DNA of 53,898 nt, counting the filler, from Catajapyx aquilonaris (Eukaryota): assembly GCA_000934665.2 (NCBI GenBank). It is 2 parts of 2 records of this genome, joined end to end, with 100 filler letters (N's around TTAATTAATTAA, not from the genome) between each part and the next. Parts side by side here need not be neighbours in the genome. Positions count along the whole stretch, not along the records: positions 1 to 26,914 come from JYFJ02005153.1; positions 27,015 to 53,898 come from JYFJ02005154.1. One strand, given 5' to 3'. Position 1 is the stretch's first letter. Each line of letters begins with the position of its first letter. Made by a program: the position numbers and the translations under genes. The notes beneath the pieces are model-generated. The model saw only the letters and a program-made list of their open reading frames with translations, searched no databases and was not told the DNA's origin. This document shows positions 18,912-31,604 of this stretch, one piece after another.

Positions 18912-19109
18912 AATATGTAAATAAATTATTGGTTACTCAGATAGGCTGTGCCCTCTAAAGGGGATCTTCTTTTCAATACCTGGCTTTATTCATTAACTAT
19001 GCAGTGATGGATTTTGATTGTGGGAAAGAGCAGAAGAACTCTGAGAAACCAACATAAGAATCTAGAGAATTTATTGAAACAATGTATTTTCACATGAGAA
19101 AATTCTTTA

Positions 19110-19180
19110 TCCAACCTGGGGATTGAACTTTGGACTTAAAGCTGAAGGCAGTGGTGCCAGCCACTAACCACTGTGCTGCC
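19110..19180 (-). mobile_element. Degenerate tRNA-like SINE head
   Basis: Minus strand GGCAGCACAGTGGTTAGTGG...AGTTCAATCCCC resembles A/B boxes but gives no convincing cloverleaf. Confidence 0.4.
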
Positions 19181-21985
19181 CTTAGATAACCATATATTTA
19201 TTTTACATATTCTGCAGATTGTAACACTTTTTTTGTGACGTCAGTGACCAACTAAATATCTTGACTTATTTACGTTTCCAGAAAGCAGTAATATTTAAGT
19301 GAATACTGATTGCTTAATTACTGTTATTCAAGGAAATGTGCTAACGAAAGGTTGCAAGTAAATTACTGCCCCTCCTCATGCCACCTCACAACCCCCACCT
19401 CACAACCTCCAACCTTGGATAATTTCCAGGTAGGCCTGCAATTTTTACAAGTTTAACGTAAACTTTCATTAAACAGCAAGGATGTACAGTCGAGTGTACA
19501 GTTTCAGTCATCTGTTGTTGTTTTTTACATTGCATTACATTTATGAATTAAAATGTAACCTAACACCAAACCAAGCCAACCAGCCAGTACACCATGGGGT
19601 ACACTACTGCAGAAAAACTGTCTCGTACCCACGCAAGCAGCACCAAGTGGCCAGGCAAGGTGGTGTAGGTGGAAATGTGCAAGAATCAAGTCTTGCTTGC
19701 AAATGCATCCACCCCAGCCTGCACTGGCACTGCTTGCCAGGATACAATCCAGTTTTGCTCCAATAGTGTACCTGTGTAGCTGGTATTAAGTGAAGTTATT
19801 TTATTACAGTTTGGTACCCTAGGACTCTCTTTGTGCTTTATGCAATTTTACGTAACTTTAGGCAAGGTTATCAGGAATAATACTCATGTACAAAGTAAAT
19901 TAACATGTTGGAAGTTGCACTGGTATTTTCACACTTTGATTAAAAGTTACTGAAAATCAGACTTTAGATCGTGAAAAGAAAGCAGTTGCAGGATCCATGT
20001 TACACAAAAATTAAGGAAACACTTAACAAACAAGTAAGAAAGTCATTTTTTAATGCTGTCTACTTGAATATATGTTATATAACAAATTAATAGCTGCTAT
20101 TTTACCAGTGTACAATGACTGAACCACCCTAATGTCACTTTCTTTTTCCTAAAGCATTTTCTTGCTAGATTTTTCAAGTTCTGAGGCATATTGTCATTTA
20201 ATTTGTTGAATTTTTTTGTCAGTCTTGTGGCTGTGCAATGGGCTTTTGACCTTAGACAGCCTTTCTTCAATCATTAGAAGACATCATTTTTAACTGTCAG
20301 CTGCTAATTTTTTTTCCAACCAACAGAATACATGTAGCAATTTAAGTGTGAAGTTGAATAGTAGGTTTGTGCATGAAAAACCAGCATTTGGCATGGCAAT
20401 TGGTATTCTTTTATTAACATGGGAGTCATTGTCCTGTGGCTTGAAATTAATAATAGTGCTCTCGCAGGTAACCATGAATTATGTAAGGGTTGCTCAGAAT
20501 ATATTATCACCTGACAGGTAATCTGGATAACCGTAAAACATAAAAGACATAAAAAGCTAAGTAAGTGGTGGCAGGGAGGTTTAGATGTGTTGCTAGGGGA
20601 GGGACCACATGTTATTACAAGATTTAAGCAAGTTTTTGTGTCAGGAGATTTCACTGCCAAAAAAGAAGTGAGGTTTGTTTTCACTTGGAAGTTTGGGCTC
20701 GCAGAAACTTTCGGGAGCTTCCAATTGCGAAACAGTGTGGACTGAATTCTCATCTCATGTTTCACTACATTCCTATGCCCGTTAATATTTAACTGTTTTT
20801 AAGAATTCACCCTAGAAAATGAATCTGCCCTGCATGTAGGATATGAATTAAAGAGAGGGAAAGTTAGGCATGATTTTAACATGGAAAACTTATTGCATGC
20901 AATTGAGTAAGTGCACAGGAGTAATATGTTCATGAGGTGGTTTCTTGACCAAGGTAGCATGAGAGAGTCGGAGTGTTGGCAAGGGGTGGGAGGCATGGGG
21001 GAGAGAAAAAGTGCCATGGCAAGTAAATTCAGGACCCATTGTTTTATTGTGGCAACTTAAATCGATGGGAGGTCAATTTGGAAACCGTTTCCGGAGGCAA
21101 TTACACACTGAGTAGCTGGAGTAGAAAGGCGGCAGAGGTGGCAGGAAGGAAGATGGTAGAAGGTCAGTCTGTTGGTTGGTGGGCAGGAAGAGGAACTCTG
21201 CCTCTATCCTCTCCCCTCTTATGCAACATCTCTTCCCTATTTCCCCTTTCCCCTTTGCATCCCCCAACCCCACACCTCTTCTGCCTCTTTGCACGCATGG
21301 ATTCACCTTCCATTCAACAGACAAATTACAGGAACTATTTATTTATGCAAGATCCCTTATCGTCCCCTGCTATTACATTCAAATGCGGTATTAGATCTCA
21401 GGCGGTGACTGGATTTTTGAAATCGTGTCAAACTGTTATAAAAGGTGTGATGCAAGTCTCAATCAGACACTTTTTTTCTTTGGATGCAAAAGTTTATGGT
21501 GGCACTTGAATCCCTTCCAAGATTTTGCAGCAGCCTGTTCCTGCTCTGGCCAGAGGTTGTTCACGTGTCTCTGCCACCCTTCTTGCTAACATGAGAGGTG
21601 GCCATGGTTTCTCTTTATGGATGCTCATTTCCGGGCAGTGGAATGGTGCAGCGCTGAATTTTAAGGCTGTAGAAGTAGAGCTTGTGATGTGCATGCAAAG
21701 GCCAGGGGGTGTATCTTGTACAATGGCAACCAGGCTGGCTTTGATGTAATGTGCCTCACGTATATTGTGGGCACTAAAATGTCAGTGTGGGTAGCTCAGA
21801 GTAACCCAAAAAGAATATTATTTTATGCCCTCTTTTTAAGGCATTGCCACTTGCATTTAACAGTGCAGCAAAGTTGTATTGGATTACTTTCAGGTACTTG
21901 GTAGGTGTGGCTGCAGTGGGAAGTTGTGTGCCTGAGAGCAGTAAAGTTTCAAGAAAAGGCGCTTTGCATCAGTGTAGGAGGAGGG

Positions 21986-22424
21986 ATGGCGCGAGGTCAG
22001 CAGAAGATCCAGTCACAGCAGAAGTCTGCTGAGAAGCAGGCCAAGATGAAGAAGCAGCAGGGACACAATGCCAACAACCAGAAGAAGGCTGCACAAAAAG
22101 CACTCACCCATGTCTGCTCAGTCTGCAAGGTGCGTCGGATTTCCTCTCAGTAGCCACCAAACAGGGTGACAGAAGGAAACGAAAACGGGTGCAACTGTTT
22201 TGCCACTGCGACACCTGTTGGCCCACTTAATTTTGAATTGCAGTTTTAATGGCTTGTTTTGGGCTGGGTGTGGTGTGGGAATGACGATTCTGTCCCGTCT
22301 GGTGTGTTTCGTGAAGTTGTTTCTTCATTCACAGTCGCAGATGCCAGACCCAAAGACCTACAAGCAGCATTTTGAGAACAAACACCCAAAGATGCCCCTG
22401 CCAGAGGAGCTGAACGATGCTTGA
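21986..22424 (+). CDS. ZNF706: Zinc finger protein 706 homologue (77 aa; 4F5/SERF-like N-terminus plus one C2H2 finger)
   Basis: Exons 21986-22129 and 22335-22424 (GT-AG, phase 0) give MARGQQKIQSQQKSAEKQAKMKKQQGHNANNQKKAAQKALTHVCSVCK-SQMPDPKTYKQHFENKHPKMPLPEELNDA, the recognisable ZNF706 sequence. AATAAA at 22613-22618. Confidence 0.95.
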
Positions 22425-25400
22425 CAGCAGAGATTGTTGTGGGCACTTGGTGGGATGGCATTATGCCTGACATTACCCCAAGTGTCATGGGGGAAAGAGG
22501 TGAGGGAAAGAAGGAAGAAACAGTGGACTTTTTTAAGAGGTGTGGGGGGTAGGGAATTGTGAGGGGAAGGGGGGAAGGATGCTGAGTGTCCAGCAAACAT
22601 TAATTCATTGCTAATAAATGCCACAATCACCAAGTCTTTTTCTTTCTTTTTTTCTTTTTCTTTTTGTTTTACCCTCTTTTTTCCCCCCTGCCCCACGTCT
22701 GCATCAGGTATAGAAAGGGAAAGTTATAAAGGGGGGAAGTGGGGAGAGCAGAGAAGGAGGACAGTCACGGCAGGCAACTAGAGCGCCTTCCTTCCAAGGG
22801 CCTCACCCTCATATTTCGGCCTCCCCGTGCCTGCATTTTTGCAACCAACCTTGCCATTTTCAATTTGGTGACCTATTGTGTCTGCACTTGCATCTATCGG
22901 ACAGGCACTTCTCGTGTGGGACACACCCATTTCTTTCGTTCCTGCCCTGACTGAACCACCCATATCCTATTGGACTGTCTCACGCTGACTCCCAAGATCA
23001 CATTGATCATGGAAAACATATGTAGGGGGATATGCGTCACTCCTTTTCCAAATAATTTTGTTTGCACATGTTGCAGATTTAAAAAAAATATGTGCCTGTC
23101 CTTTGTGCTGTAATATCCTAATTACTTAATAGCATAAAGGCCGTACTATCTTTGGAAATGTGAGGATAATAAATCCAGAGAGTACCGTAGATATCCTTGG
23201 GATAAAATGTGAATTGGTGAGGAAATGAGGTAATAAAAAAGTACAAATAAGAGATGAGAGAGCTCCAGGGGTGGAAAACATGTAGCATTTTTTGACATCC
23301 GAGCTGCCAGGCTCCTTTTGAGTAGGGGGGAGATGGAGGGGCGTATCCATGCAAGTAGTTTCTGCTCGGGTGGTTGCCTGGAGGACACGCCCACGCCCAC
23401 TGGATGGATGCAGAAATAGAGGCCAGGGAACAAAAGGAGTGGAGTGCAACAGCAGCAAAGTCTCCTGGGAATCGAATCAAGTCTGTTTCCCCGTCGCCCC
23501 GGGGCCAAAGAAAGGGCCGGAAGGACTCTTGTGGCCGTGAAAGGATCCGCCCACGCAGCCTCACTCCCTAATTGCAATTACCGAGTCCCGCTCTTTAACT
23601 CTGATCAGCAAGCTGCAAGACATCTTCCTTTATATTTAGTCACGCAACACCCCGATCCTCAGGGTCTTCTCATTCGCGTGTTCACCTGCATTTTTAGGCT
23701 TTATCTCAGATCTACCATTGGAGTCATCGTAAGGTGGTAGATCACCGATGGAAATTAATACCAGGTGTTTAATAGCAGGTTAACGCTCAGTAGCTTAATG
23801 ACTGCCCGAGACAGGAGGGGGGGAAAAAAAGTTTGACCCTGACTTTCCCCCTGAAAATTATGCACCTAGGTAGATGAAGGTGACGTGCGATAGATGCGTG
23901 CATCCTGCCAGATACCAACATATGGCCGGCTAATATGCTCATCTCATGGAAAATTGGCGTCACGGTATGATGTAGGTTGTCCTCTGGAGCAAAGGAAGTC
24001 AAAGTTAGGGAAGAGTGCAATTTGAGCAATGTGTGTTGATTTCTTTGGCTCACGGATAAGATAAGGCCGGGAACAGGAGCATGGGGGTGTGGGGGAGGAG
24101 GAGGAGGACGAAGGTTCCCGTTACTCTCACTCTTTTATTCTTCTGGCTGCGTCAGGAAACTGGCTCTGGATGGCCTTCCGAGGCCACACTCTTGTTGGCC
24201 GTCGCGACCACAACACGTACAACCACCAGGATAAGCACCTTTATTTGATTTGGCATAGCTGTCGCCCCTTCTCCTCTCATCCCAAAGACGTGTTCTAGTT
24301 GTTAATGACTCTTGTCACAATAAACTCGAGAGTCCTCGAATCGGAATAAAAGGGTAGAAAAAAAAGAACTATGGCTTTGTCCGTGAAGTTTGATCACATA
24401 AAAACCTTGATGGTAACTGTTCCGTTGAGTAGTTGAGGTCCACTTGATTCCATGCTATGTGAAGCGTATTGCACCATTATCACAGCATTCCGCAACAGCA
24501 GAGAAACGAAGCAGCAAAAAAAAAAGAAGTTTGAATTAGTCCAAATGTTTGCCATTCGAACACGCGACTTTTATTTGTTATCGAGATAGTTATATAGCGA
24601 GCCTTTTTTTCCCCTCGGAACTATATCGTGTTTTCCAATCAGTTTTCCCTGGAGCGAGGTCTCCACGGGTGATACACATTTCCCCTGGAAGTGTTTTATA
24701 ATCTGCATTGCAGCGTATTTTTTTAAAAAGAAGTCTCAGGTGTGTGTCACAATTGATACGCCCCCTTGGACAATAGTCGTAAACGTCACCATCATTGTTG
24801 TTTACGGCCTGAAGGAAAGGGAGGTTGGGATGGGAAAAAATGGGATTTTTGTTATTAATGACGCTAATTTGGAATACTTAAGTAAACGAAAGAAGAGAAT
24901 GTTTAGGAGTTGCGCCACTATCTTCTAATTACATTTTTCAAATTCGTGCAACTGTGTCATTTTTTTACCCAGTATTTGTGTCACAGTTGGAGTCCGACGG
25001 TGCAGTGTAAATATGGTGACCTCGAGAAATGCCCGTTTGCAATCCTCGAGTTTACTGCCATGAAAGCAAAAGTACAGTAAATATAGCGGCTATGTCCGAA
25101 GATTAGAACGGATCTCTTTTTAGCTCCAGCGAATTCTCTACAAAATAACTTTTTGTGGTAAAAGAGATGGTGGACTATTGTTTGATAGATGTTGGCCAAA
25201 TAAACCAATGGCTGTGATCTTCGGCGAAACAGAATGCGTTAATTAGATCCCTGTGGATCACATGCGTCAAGTGCTGTACAAGGTCCGCAGCTTTATGCAC
25301 CTTCCTTGGTCAAATCCGTCAATGCCGACCCAATAATTATGATGTAGGCTACTTCCGTGACTTTTCGTGACATGTGGGGTGTAAAATATCCCAAAAATAA

Positions 25401-26266
25401 GTCGTGACGTTCTCCCTACCATTGGAGCAGCGTGTGAATTGCTCAGCATTGTTCACACATACTCCATCCTCCACTAATTTCCCCTCCCTGACGATGCGAA
25501 TGAGTGCTTAAATGGACCCCGCCTTTGTTTTTCGCCAAGGCTCTCTCGCCAATCAGCCACGATGAGTCCAGCTGGAGGCACAATGTTGAGGAAGACGAAT
25601 TGCCCTCTATCCTGACCATCCGGATAGCGTGCGTGGGTGGTTTACTGGAGCCAGGAAGAAAGGAAGCAGGAGGCAAAAATCTTGGGCCAAAAAGCCACAG
25701 ACTCGGAGGAATTGCGCAAAAATACAGGGCACTTTCGCCGTCTTCCGCCCGAGTTCTGGAAGAAAATGGTGGAGTTCGCAATGGGGGTGGGGGGCAAGGT
25801 CGCGGTAGTTGAGCCCCCATCCACCCCCTCTCCCTCTCTTATTAAGCCTACCCCCCCTCTCTTATTCCCACCTGCTGCAAGTGGGTCAGTCAGCTTTCGC
25901 CCCGAGTCCAAAAGGGGGTTGGTTAGGAGATCGTCCACTTCGACGTCCTTGGCGCCTTGATCGCCTCTCCCAAGGCGCCGCCGACGATTTGTTGGCCAGT
26001 CTCTTTCTTGGGTGCCACTGCTCCACACGGATCGCCTTTTGCGGCTGCGGCCACCACCAATTGCAGCCATCATCTTCCTACGCGAGTGTTCTTGTGTTTG
26101 GTGAGGAACGAGGCATGAAGCGCAAAAGGCACTTGTTGGGAATCATCTTGTCACTATGCCTCGTCGTCGTCGACGCCGCTCTTGGTGAGTCTTTCGTTCG
26201 CGACAAGGATGCTCGCGGCAACGACGTTCACGGCAACGATGTTCGCGGTAATCTTGTTTGCGACAA

Positions 26267-26509
26267 TCATACGATGTTCGCGACTACATTGGACTTACTG
26301 AGGATCATAGTTTCTGTCGGCGTTGCCCAGGAATGTTCCAATTGGCCCCCATATTTGGCGATAGTTTCCTCTCCCATCCGTGTGTTGAAGTCGTCGATTG
26401 TTGTCTTGCACCCCGTGCGTTCAAGTCTTTTCCGTGAAAGGGAGCGCAAAAATTCTCTTCCTGGTGCCTGCCGCACGGCGAAGGTGCGCCAGCCGTAGGA
26501 GTCACTCAA
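26267..26509 (-). mobile_element. Possible decayed non-LTR retrotransposon endonuclease fragment
   Basis: EFLRSL...TTIDDFNTRMGEE..AKYG resembles the G-D-F-N-A..G motif of LINE AP-endonucleases; flanking frames are interrupted by stops. Confidence 0.35.
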
Positions 26510-26914
26510 CCCAGCCCTCTTGAAATGTCAAAAGGCTTCCGAGGTGCCCATGCTGACTCATTGTAATCACGCATCTTCGCCATTCCTCAGGACAGGTTCA
26601 GGAACCCTCCATAGGCCACATATTGAACTTTATGTTACTCCGCATGGGTAGGGCTCCCATTTTTTTTTGTTTTTTTTGTTTTTTTTTGGCTCCCCACTCC
26701 CTTGGCGCAATTCTTGCTTTGGTTTCTCTTCCTTTGCAGTTGCGCCGCTTTCACTCGGTCGATTCGCGGGCTTCTGGGCGAAAGGGTGTTGGGGGGTGTA
26801 TGGTCGGGCGGGGTGCTTGCCGGGGTGTGGTAAAGGCAGGGGGAGGGCGTGGCTGGATTGCCTTGGCCCCCACCACGACCCTACACATATAGCACACGTT
26901 GGAAGGTGCAAGGG

Positions 26915-27014
26915 NNNNNNNNNNNNNNNNNNNNNNNNNNNNNNNNNNNNNNNNNNNNTTAATTAATTAANNNNNNNNNNNNNNNNNNNNNNNNNNNNNN
27001 NNNNNNNNNNNNNN
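26915..27014. other. Assembly gap with artificial linker
   Basis: 44 N + TTAATTAATTAA (stop codons in all six frames) + 44 N = 100 nt; contiguity of the two halves is not guaranteed. Confidence 0.95.
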
Positions 27015-27715
27015 TGTGAATGAATAAGATGAGGCGTGTATACTATGACAGTCTTTGAGTATAATATGACCAAATCAAACAATGTCGCATCCTGGCTTAT
27101 TGGATGCAACCAGCTCTTGATGCAACCCATTGCACACGTGGGTGTGTCCGTGCTTATCTGACCCCGTGCCTTATCTGCTTTGCTCGGCCACGCAGCCTTC
27201 TTATCTGTCTTGTAAGGTTTCTATCCTCGCCAGGTGCAAAAAGGCAATAATTTATTGTGTCTGCCGGAATTTAGTATGTTACAGTTAGAAAACTGCCATT
27301 TATTTTCCTACTCCTGGTAGATAATAGCTGATTGATTACGATCACATTTAAACCAGTAGTGAAATAGTTCTATTCTGGTGTGGTATAGATGATAGATCTG
27401 GATAGACGATAGAGCATGAAGGAATGCCCAGTCGATGGAGAGTGAAAATCAAATGACGCAAGTCACGCAACGATGTAGGCTGTAGTCTCTGATGTAGGCC
27501 TACAATTATCTTCCGAGTTGCTTATCTCCAACACGAATGTGATTTTGGCACCGGTCGAGGGTTTATGAACTGCGCCCTTGACCCTTCATGCCACTACACA
27601 CCATCCACTTCCCTTTCCCTTTCCCTTTCAACTGGTCTTGGAAGAAGCTAGCTGCTGATGGTCTCCATCAGTTGATGGGAAAAAGAGGGACGTGAGGCAG
27701 GATGGGGGGGNTTAC

Positions 27716-27743
27716 GTCGTCGTCGTCGTCGTCGTCGTCGTCG
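27716..27743. repeat. (GTC)n microsatellite
   Basis: Direct reading; adjacent to a single N at 27711. Confidence 0.85.
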
Positions 27744-28180
27744 TAATAATAAATTAAAAAGTAAATTCATTATAACACATTTAATTATATTTCAATTTGT
27801 CAAATATGCATATGGCAGGGGCCATTGAAATATTCGAATGCCGAGATCCTGTAATTGTACTCCAAAATGTACGGGTTTCTGGACTCCAATTTTTGCACTA
27901 TTCCAGTTGGCACTTCTTTTTAACATGGCTCAACCCAGTACTTAAAATTAAGCCCTTCAAGTAAGTAAGTTGAGCTCCAGATAAAAGTCTGGACAAAAAA
28001 TACAAGATTCGGCACCTGAAATGATGCTAAACTAATAGGTCCCAAAAACTAAAATATGACAATAAGTCAATGAATAGATATGGACAACAGTCGCAAGACA
28101 AAATAAGAGCTGGTTCAGTTCAAATAAATTACACAAACTACTATATATCAGCTACTATCGTAATATATCGGTAAGTCAAA

Positions 28181-28618
28181 ACATCTTTGGGATGAAATCA
28201 TAAACTGTAATAAAAACTATCATCTGGCTGGCCATAAAAAGCCACACTGGTGATTAAGTTTCATATTTTTCTGATTCAATTGTTGTCGCCTTTTAAAGGT
28301 CTGAACTCATATCGAACTTGAAACTACGACTTGTGCGTCAAAGTCGTACTTTTGCGTGTGCGTTTCCATGGCCTTGTTTGCATGGGAAAGAGGGCTGTTT
28401 CTATATCGACTTGTGCGTCAAAGTCGAACTTATGCGTACAAGTCAACTTAAAAGGCGACAACAATTGAATCAGAAAAATATGAAACGTAATCACCAGTGT
28501 GGCTTTTTATCTCGCTTTTTATGGCCAGCCAGAACGAATGCAAATCAACTTAAAATGCATAAGCTTCATTTTTTGCTGATAGTTTTTATTGCCGCTTATG
28601 ACTTCATTCCAAAGATGT
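28181..28618. mobile_element. Fold-back MITE-like inverted repeat
   Basis: Arms ACATCTTTGG...CCAAAGATGT, including TTTTTCTGATTCAATTGTTGTCGCCTTTTAA vs TTAAAAGGCGACAACAATTGAATCAGAAAAA; internal direct repeat GACTTGTGCGTCAAAGTCG. Confidence 0.75.
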
Positions 28619-29399
28619 ATTGGGTGGTTCTATTTCAAATCAGGAATGTCAAAAAATGTCAAGTAGTCGGCGATTTAAAAAAAAATAAACCCACATCCAA
28701 TTGAACTTTTATGGAGAAATCAGTTTTACTATATTAAATTTAGTTATCTAGATATTAATATTGCTTTTAAGGGGTACCAAAATGTAACATTCACAGGAAG
28801 GTGCACTTTTTCCATTGCTTTCAATGAGTATACATGTCCGGAACCGTTCTGAAAACCAATATGACATTTTAAACTCATGCTTTTGGAATAATGGACTGTT
28901 ATGTAATGCATACATTTGCCTTATATAATGGTAGCCTACAGTCACTTTCAAAAATAATCTCCAATCATGCATATTTTGGTCAAAATATTTATATTTCGCA
29001 ATATAATGCACTGTTACGATAAACGTGACGGTTGTGCTGATTATATTTTGTGATATACTCGATGACCCCCTAAAAAGTTATTAAACAAAACCTTTGTTAG
29101 CCCCGTGTGTAGTTGAGATATGCTCGGGGAATTTTATTGTACAGTAGGGGACAGTATTTAATTAGCAGTTACTTCCTCTTGTCAGGAGAAGTACCGATAT
29201 ATGTCAGTGTCATTATTGTAACCTATATCAATAATTATTGTCCACGAACCAATGATGGAAACTTATTTGAATCCCCGTCGCCGCTGGAATGGCTACCCAT
29301 TCATCTCTTTTTTTCTGTTTGTTTGTTTGTTTGTTTGTTTGTTTGTTTGTTGTTGTTGTTGTTTTATTTTTTGCTTCCGGTATGCTTCCACACGATCTT

Positions 29400-29640
29400 G
29401 GGACACTTGGGTTACATCTCACATGATTGTATGACGTACACGTTTTCTAGAGAAGCACTTAATACCCTGACTAAATCTTCTGCAAACTGGATGGCATCTA
29501 CTGCAACTTGGGTCAGCTTGTGTAGTGTCTGTAGTGGCTGTAGGACTTGGAAAGGTTAGGACAGCCCTCATCCCCTTTTCCAGCTTGTGTAGTGTCGCGT
29601 TGTGCTTCATTAGTCCTCCGACTGCGTCACATGGTCCTGA
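29400..29640 (-). mobile_element. DNA transposase relic (Sola2-like)
   Basis: Minus strand reads GPCDAVGGLMKHNATLHKL, like the HGKGPCDGIGGxxK catalytic-region motif. After removing a short insert flanked by a 16-bp direct repeat (CAGCTTGTGTAGTGTC at 29514 and 29581), it continues TQVAVDAIQFAEDLVRVL. Superfamily assignment is from memory. Confidence 0.5.
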
Positions 29641-30043
29641 TGGTCTCCGAAAACTAATAACTAATGCATTTATTACCTCAGTAATGGAGCCAAAATCGAA
29701 AAAATTAACTAACGCAATCTGTGTTAAACCCTCGATGAAAAATTCTGCTTAACTCATCCGCCTCCCTGCATTGCTAAATCTAGTCACCAGCACCCCAGCA
29801 CCTGAGAAGTGCACATTGCGATATTTATACGGTATTCTGTTTGAATGAGCGCCTTCTGAGTGTGGGGACCGAGTTGAGGAGGTGGCCGCCAGAGAGCTCT
29901 GCCAACGGGACTGACCATGTAGTTCTGAGTGGGTCGCCAGGTGACACTATCGGCTTCAGCCACCTGCACTCTAGCGGGCGCAAGTCTGCACTAGCGGAGA
30001 TTTGCCCTATCTCTTGGTTTGTCTGAAACATATCCCGTCTCCG

Positions 30044-30168
30044 GTTGGCACCATTGGCGACTGTCACTTGTTCGTAATCCAAGATGGCGCCCACATTTGT
30101 GCTGAAGAGGAAATTTCCAAGTGTAATTAGTGTTGATTAGACGTGTAATTACACTGGGAGGAGTGCAG
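30044..30168 (+). promoter_or_regulatory. Conserved ZNF promoter/5'UTR exon cassette (copy 1 of 9)
   Basis: GTTGGCACCA(C/T)TGGCGACTGTCACTTGTT...CAAGATGGCG (YY1/Pho motif)...GTGTAATTACAC...GGAGTGCAG|GTAA. Other copies: 31780-31905, 33502-33635, 35670-35796, 37851-37984, 41881-41999, 44304-44448, 49353-49479, 53597-53720. Confidence 0.8.
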
Positions 30169-30254
30169 GTAAGTAGAGTTGTGCTGCAGGACATGCTCTG
30201 TACTGTAAGAGAAAGTAAGAGGTTGGGATTCGTATATTGCAGGGGTACAGGACC

Positions 30255-31026
30255 ATGTCGTTGGCCGTTAAGAAGGAACCGGATGATGAAGACGAGAGCA
30301 TAACGGTGGAGGAGACCTGGCAGTTGCCCTTGAAGGAGGAGACCCCATCATGCTTCGATGGGGACTCCACTCTTATAGAGGACACTCTACGTGAGATCAA
30401 GAAGGAGGCAGCCGAAGAGGAGGAAGAAATGGTGGCGGCCACGTCCAGTCCCGTCGAAGATGAAGACGACCCATTAGCACTTGGCACCAGTGGGGTATGT
30501 CATCTGCTGAAATTACAATATAAATTAGCATTAAACTTAATTAACATTTCAGATCTTGCTAGAGACTGCTGGGGATGACGATGCGGCACAGGAGGAGAAG
30601 CAATGCCCGATTTGCTGGAAACAAATTAACAGTTCAAAGAGATTAAAAACTCACGTAATAAGTCATGCGAGGAAAGACGCATTTCAGTGCGACGTGTGCC
30701 AGAGATGTGTTAGGGGTGCAAGTAATTTCAGAGATCATATGCGAATTCATACGGGAGAGAAACCGTTCTGTTGTGAGATGTGTCGGAGACGTTTTCGTCT
30801 TGAAAGCCAATTGAAAAGTCACATGCGAATTCATGAGGATCAGAGTCCATTTCCATGTGAAGTGTGCAATAAAAAATTGTGGGATGCAGGGAATTTGAAA
30901 CTCCACATGCGCATTCATACTCCAGAGTATGTAATTACTTTAAAGCCATCTCACAGTGTTGCACCATCAAGCTCTTTAAAGTATAAAACGGGCAAACATG
31001 GCATCAGCATGAAAATATCAACGTAG
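30255..31026 (+). CDS. C2H2 ZNF cluster gene A (acidic N-terminal exon + 4 fingers)
   Basis: Exons 30255-30494 and 30553-31026, phase-0 GT-AG intron; CxxC-x12-HxxxH repeats with a TGEKPF linker. Confidence 0.85.
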
Positions 31027-31137
31027 CTCATGAAAGTGGTGTTACTATTTCAAAATCATACTCAAATTGCAGCCATAATTTATCTGCCCAAAGATCATGT
31101 GAGATTTTGCAAGCGTAATTTGCAATATCGTTTACAA

Positions 31138-31266
31138 GCGGTAGATTCATCAAAATGTCGTAAGTCAAATTTTCGTCGTAACCGGTAGTAATCATAGTTA
31201 CTGATATTTAACAATGGTTACGACCGGTTACGACCAAGATTTACGACCATTATATGAATCCACCCC
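31138..31266. mobile_element. Small palindromic MITE (PIF/Harbinger-like)
   Basis: GGTAGATTCAT...ATGAATCCACC ends; internal GTCGTAACCGG / CCGGTTACGAC symmetry. Confidence 0.6.
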
Positions 31267-31572
31267 CAATTGACTCTACAAATGTCGTTAGTAATGTTGA
31301 TCATGACACTCTCTGCTGGATTGTCTTGTACTGTACTGTGTACATAATTTGCAGCATATTTGGGAATTATTCATGTTGGGAAAAGAAGGTTCATTTTTTT
31401 TTGTAATTATGCTGGGAGAAGAATAATTTGTTCTTTGCTTCCATTTAAAAAAAAAAAATCTCTGCACTTTTTGTATCAAAAAGACTATAAACCATTTCAA
31501 AACCATATTAACGGGCGATATTTATATTCTGCCATGGCTGAAAATCCTTTTCGTCATACGTACGAATAGTTA

Positions 31573-31604
<32 letters not shown>

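Noticed and set aside
25443..26498. Long ORFs on both strands near the gap
   Set aside because: No coherent protein; interrupted frames are more consistent with a decayed GC-rich retroelement.
26959..26970. TTAATTAATTAA palindrome
   Set aside because: Artificial six-frame-stop spacer inside the N gap.
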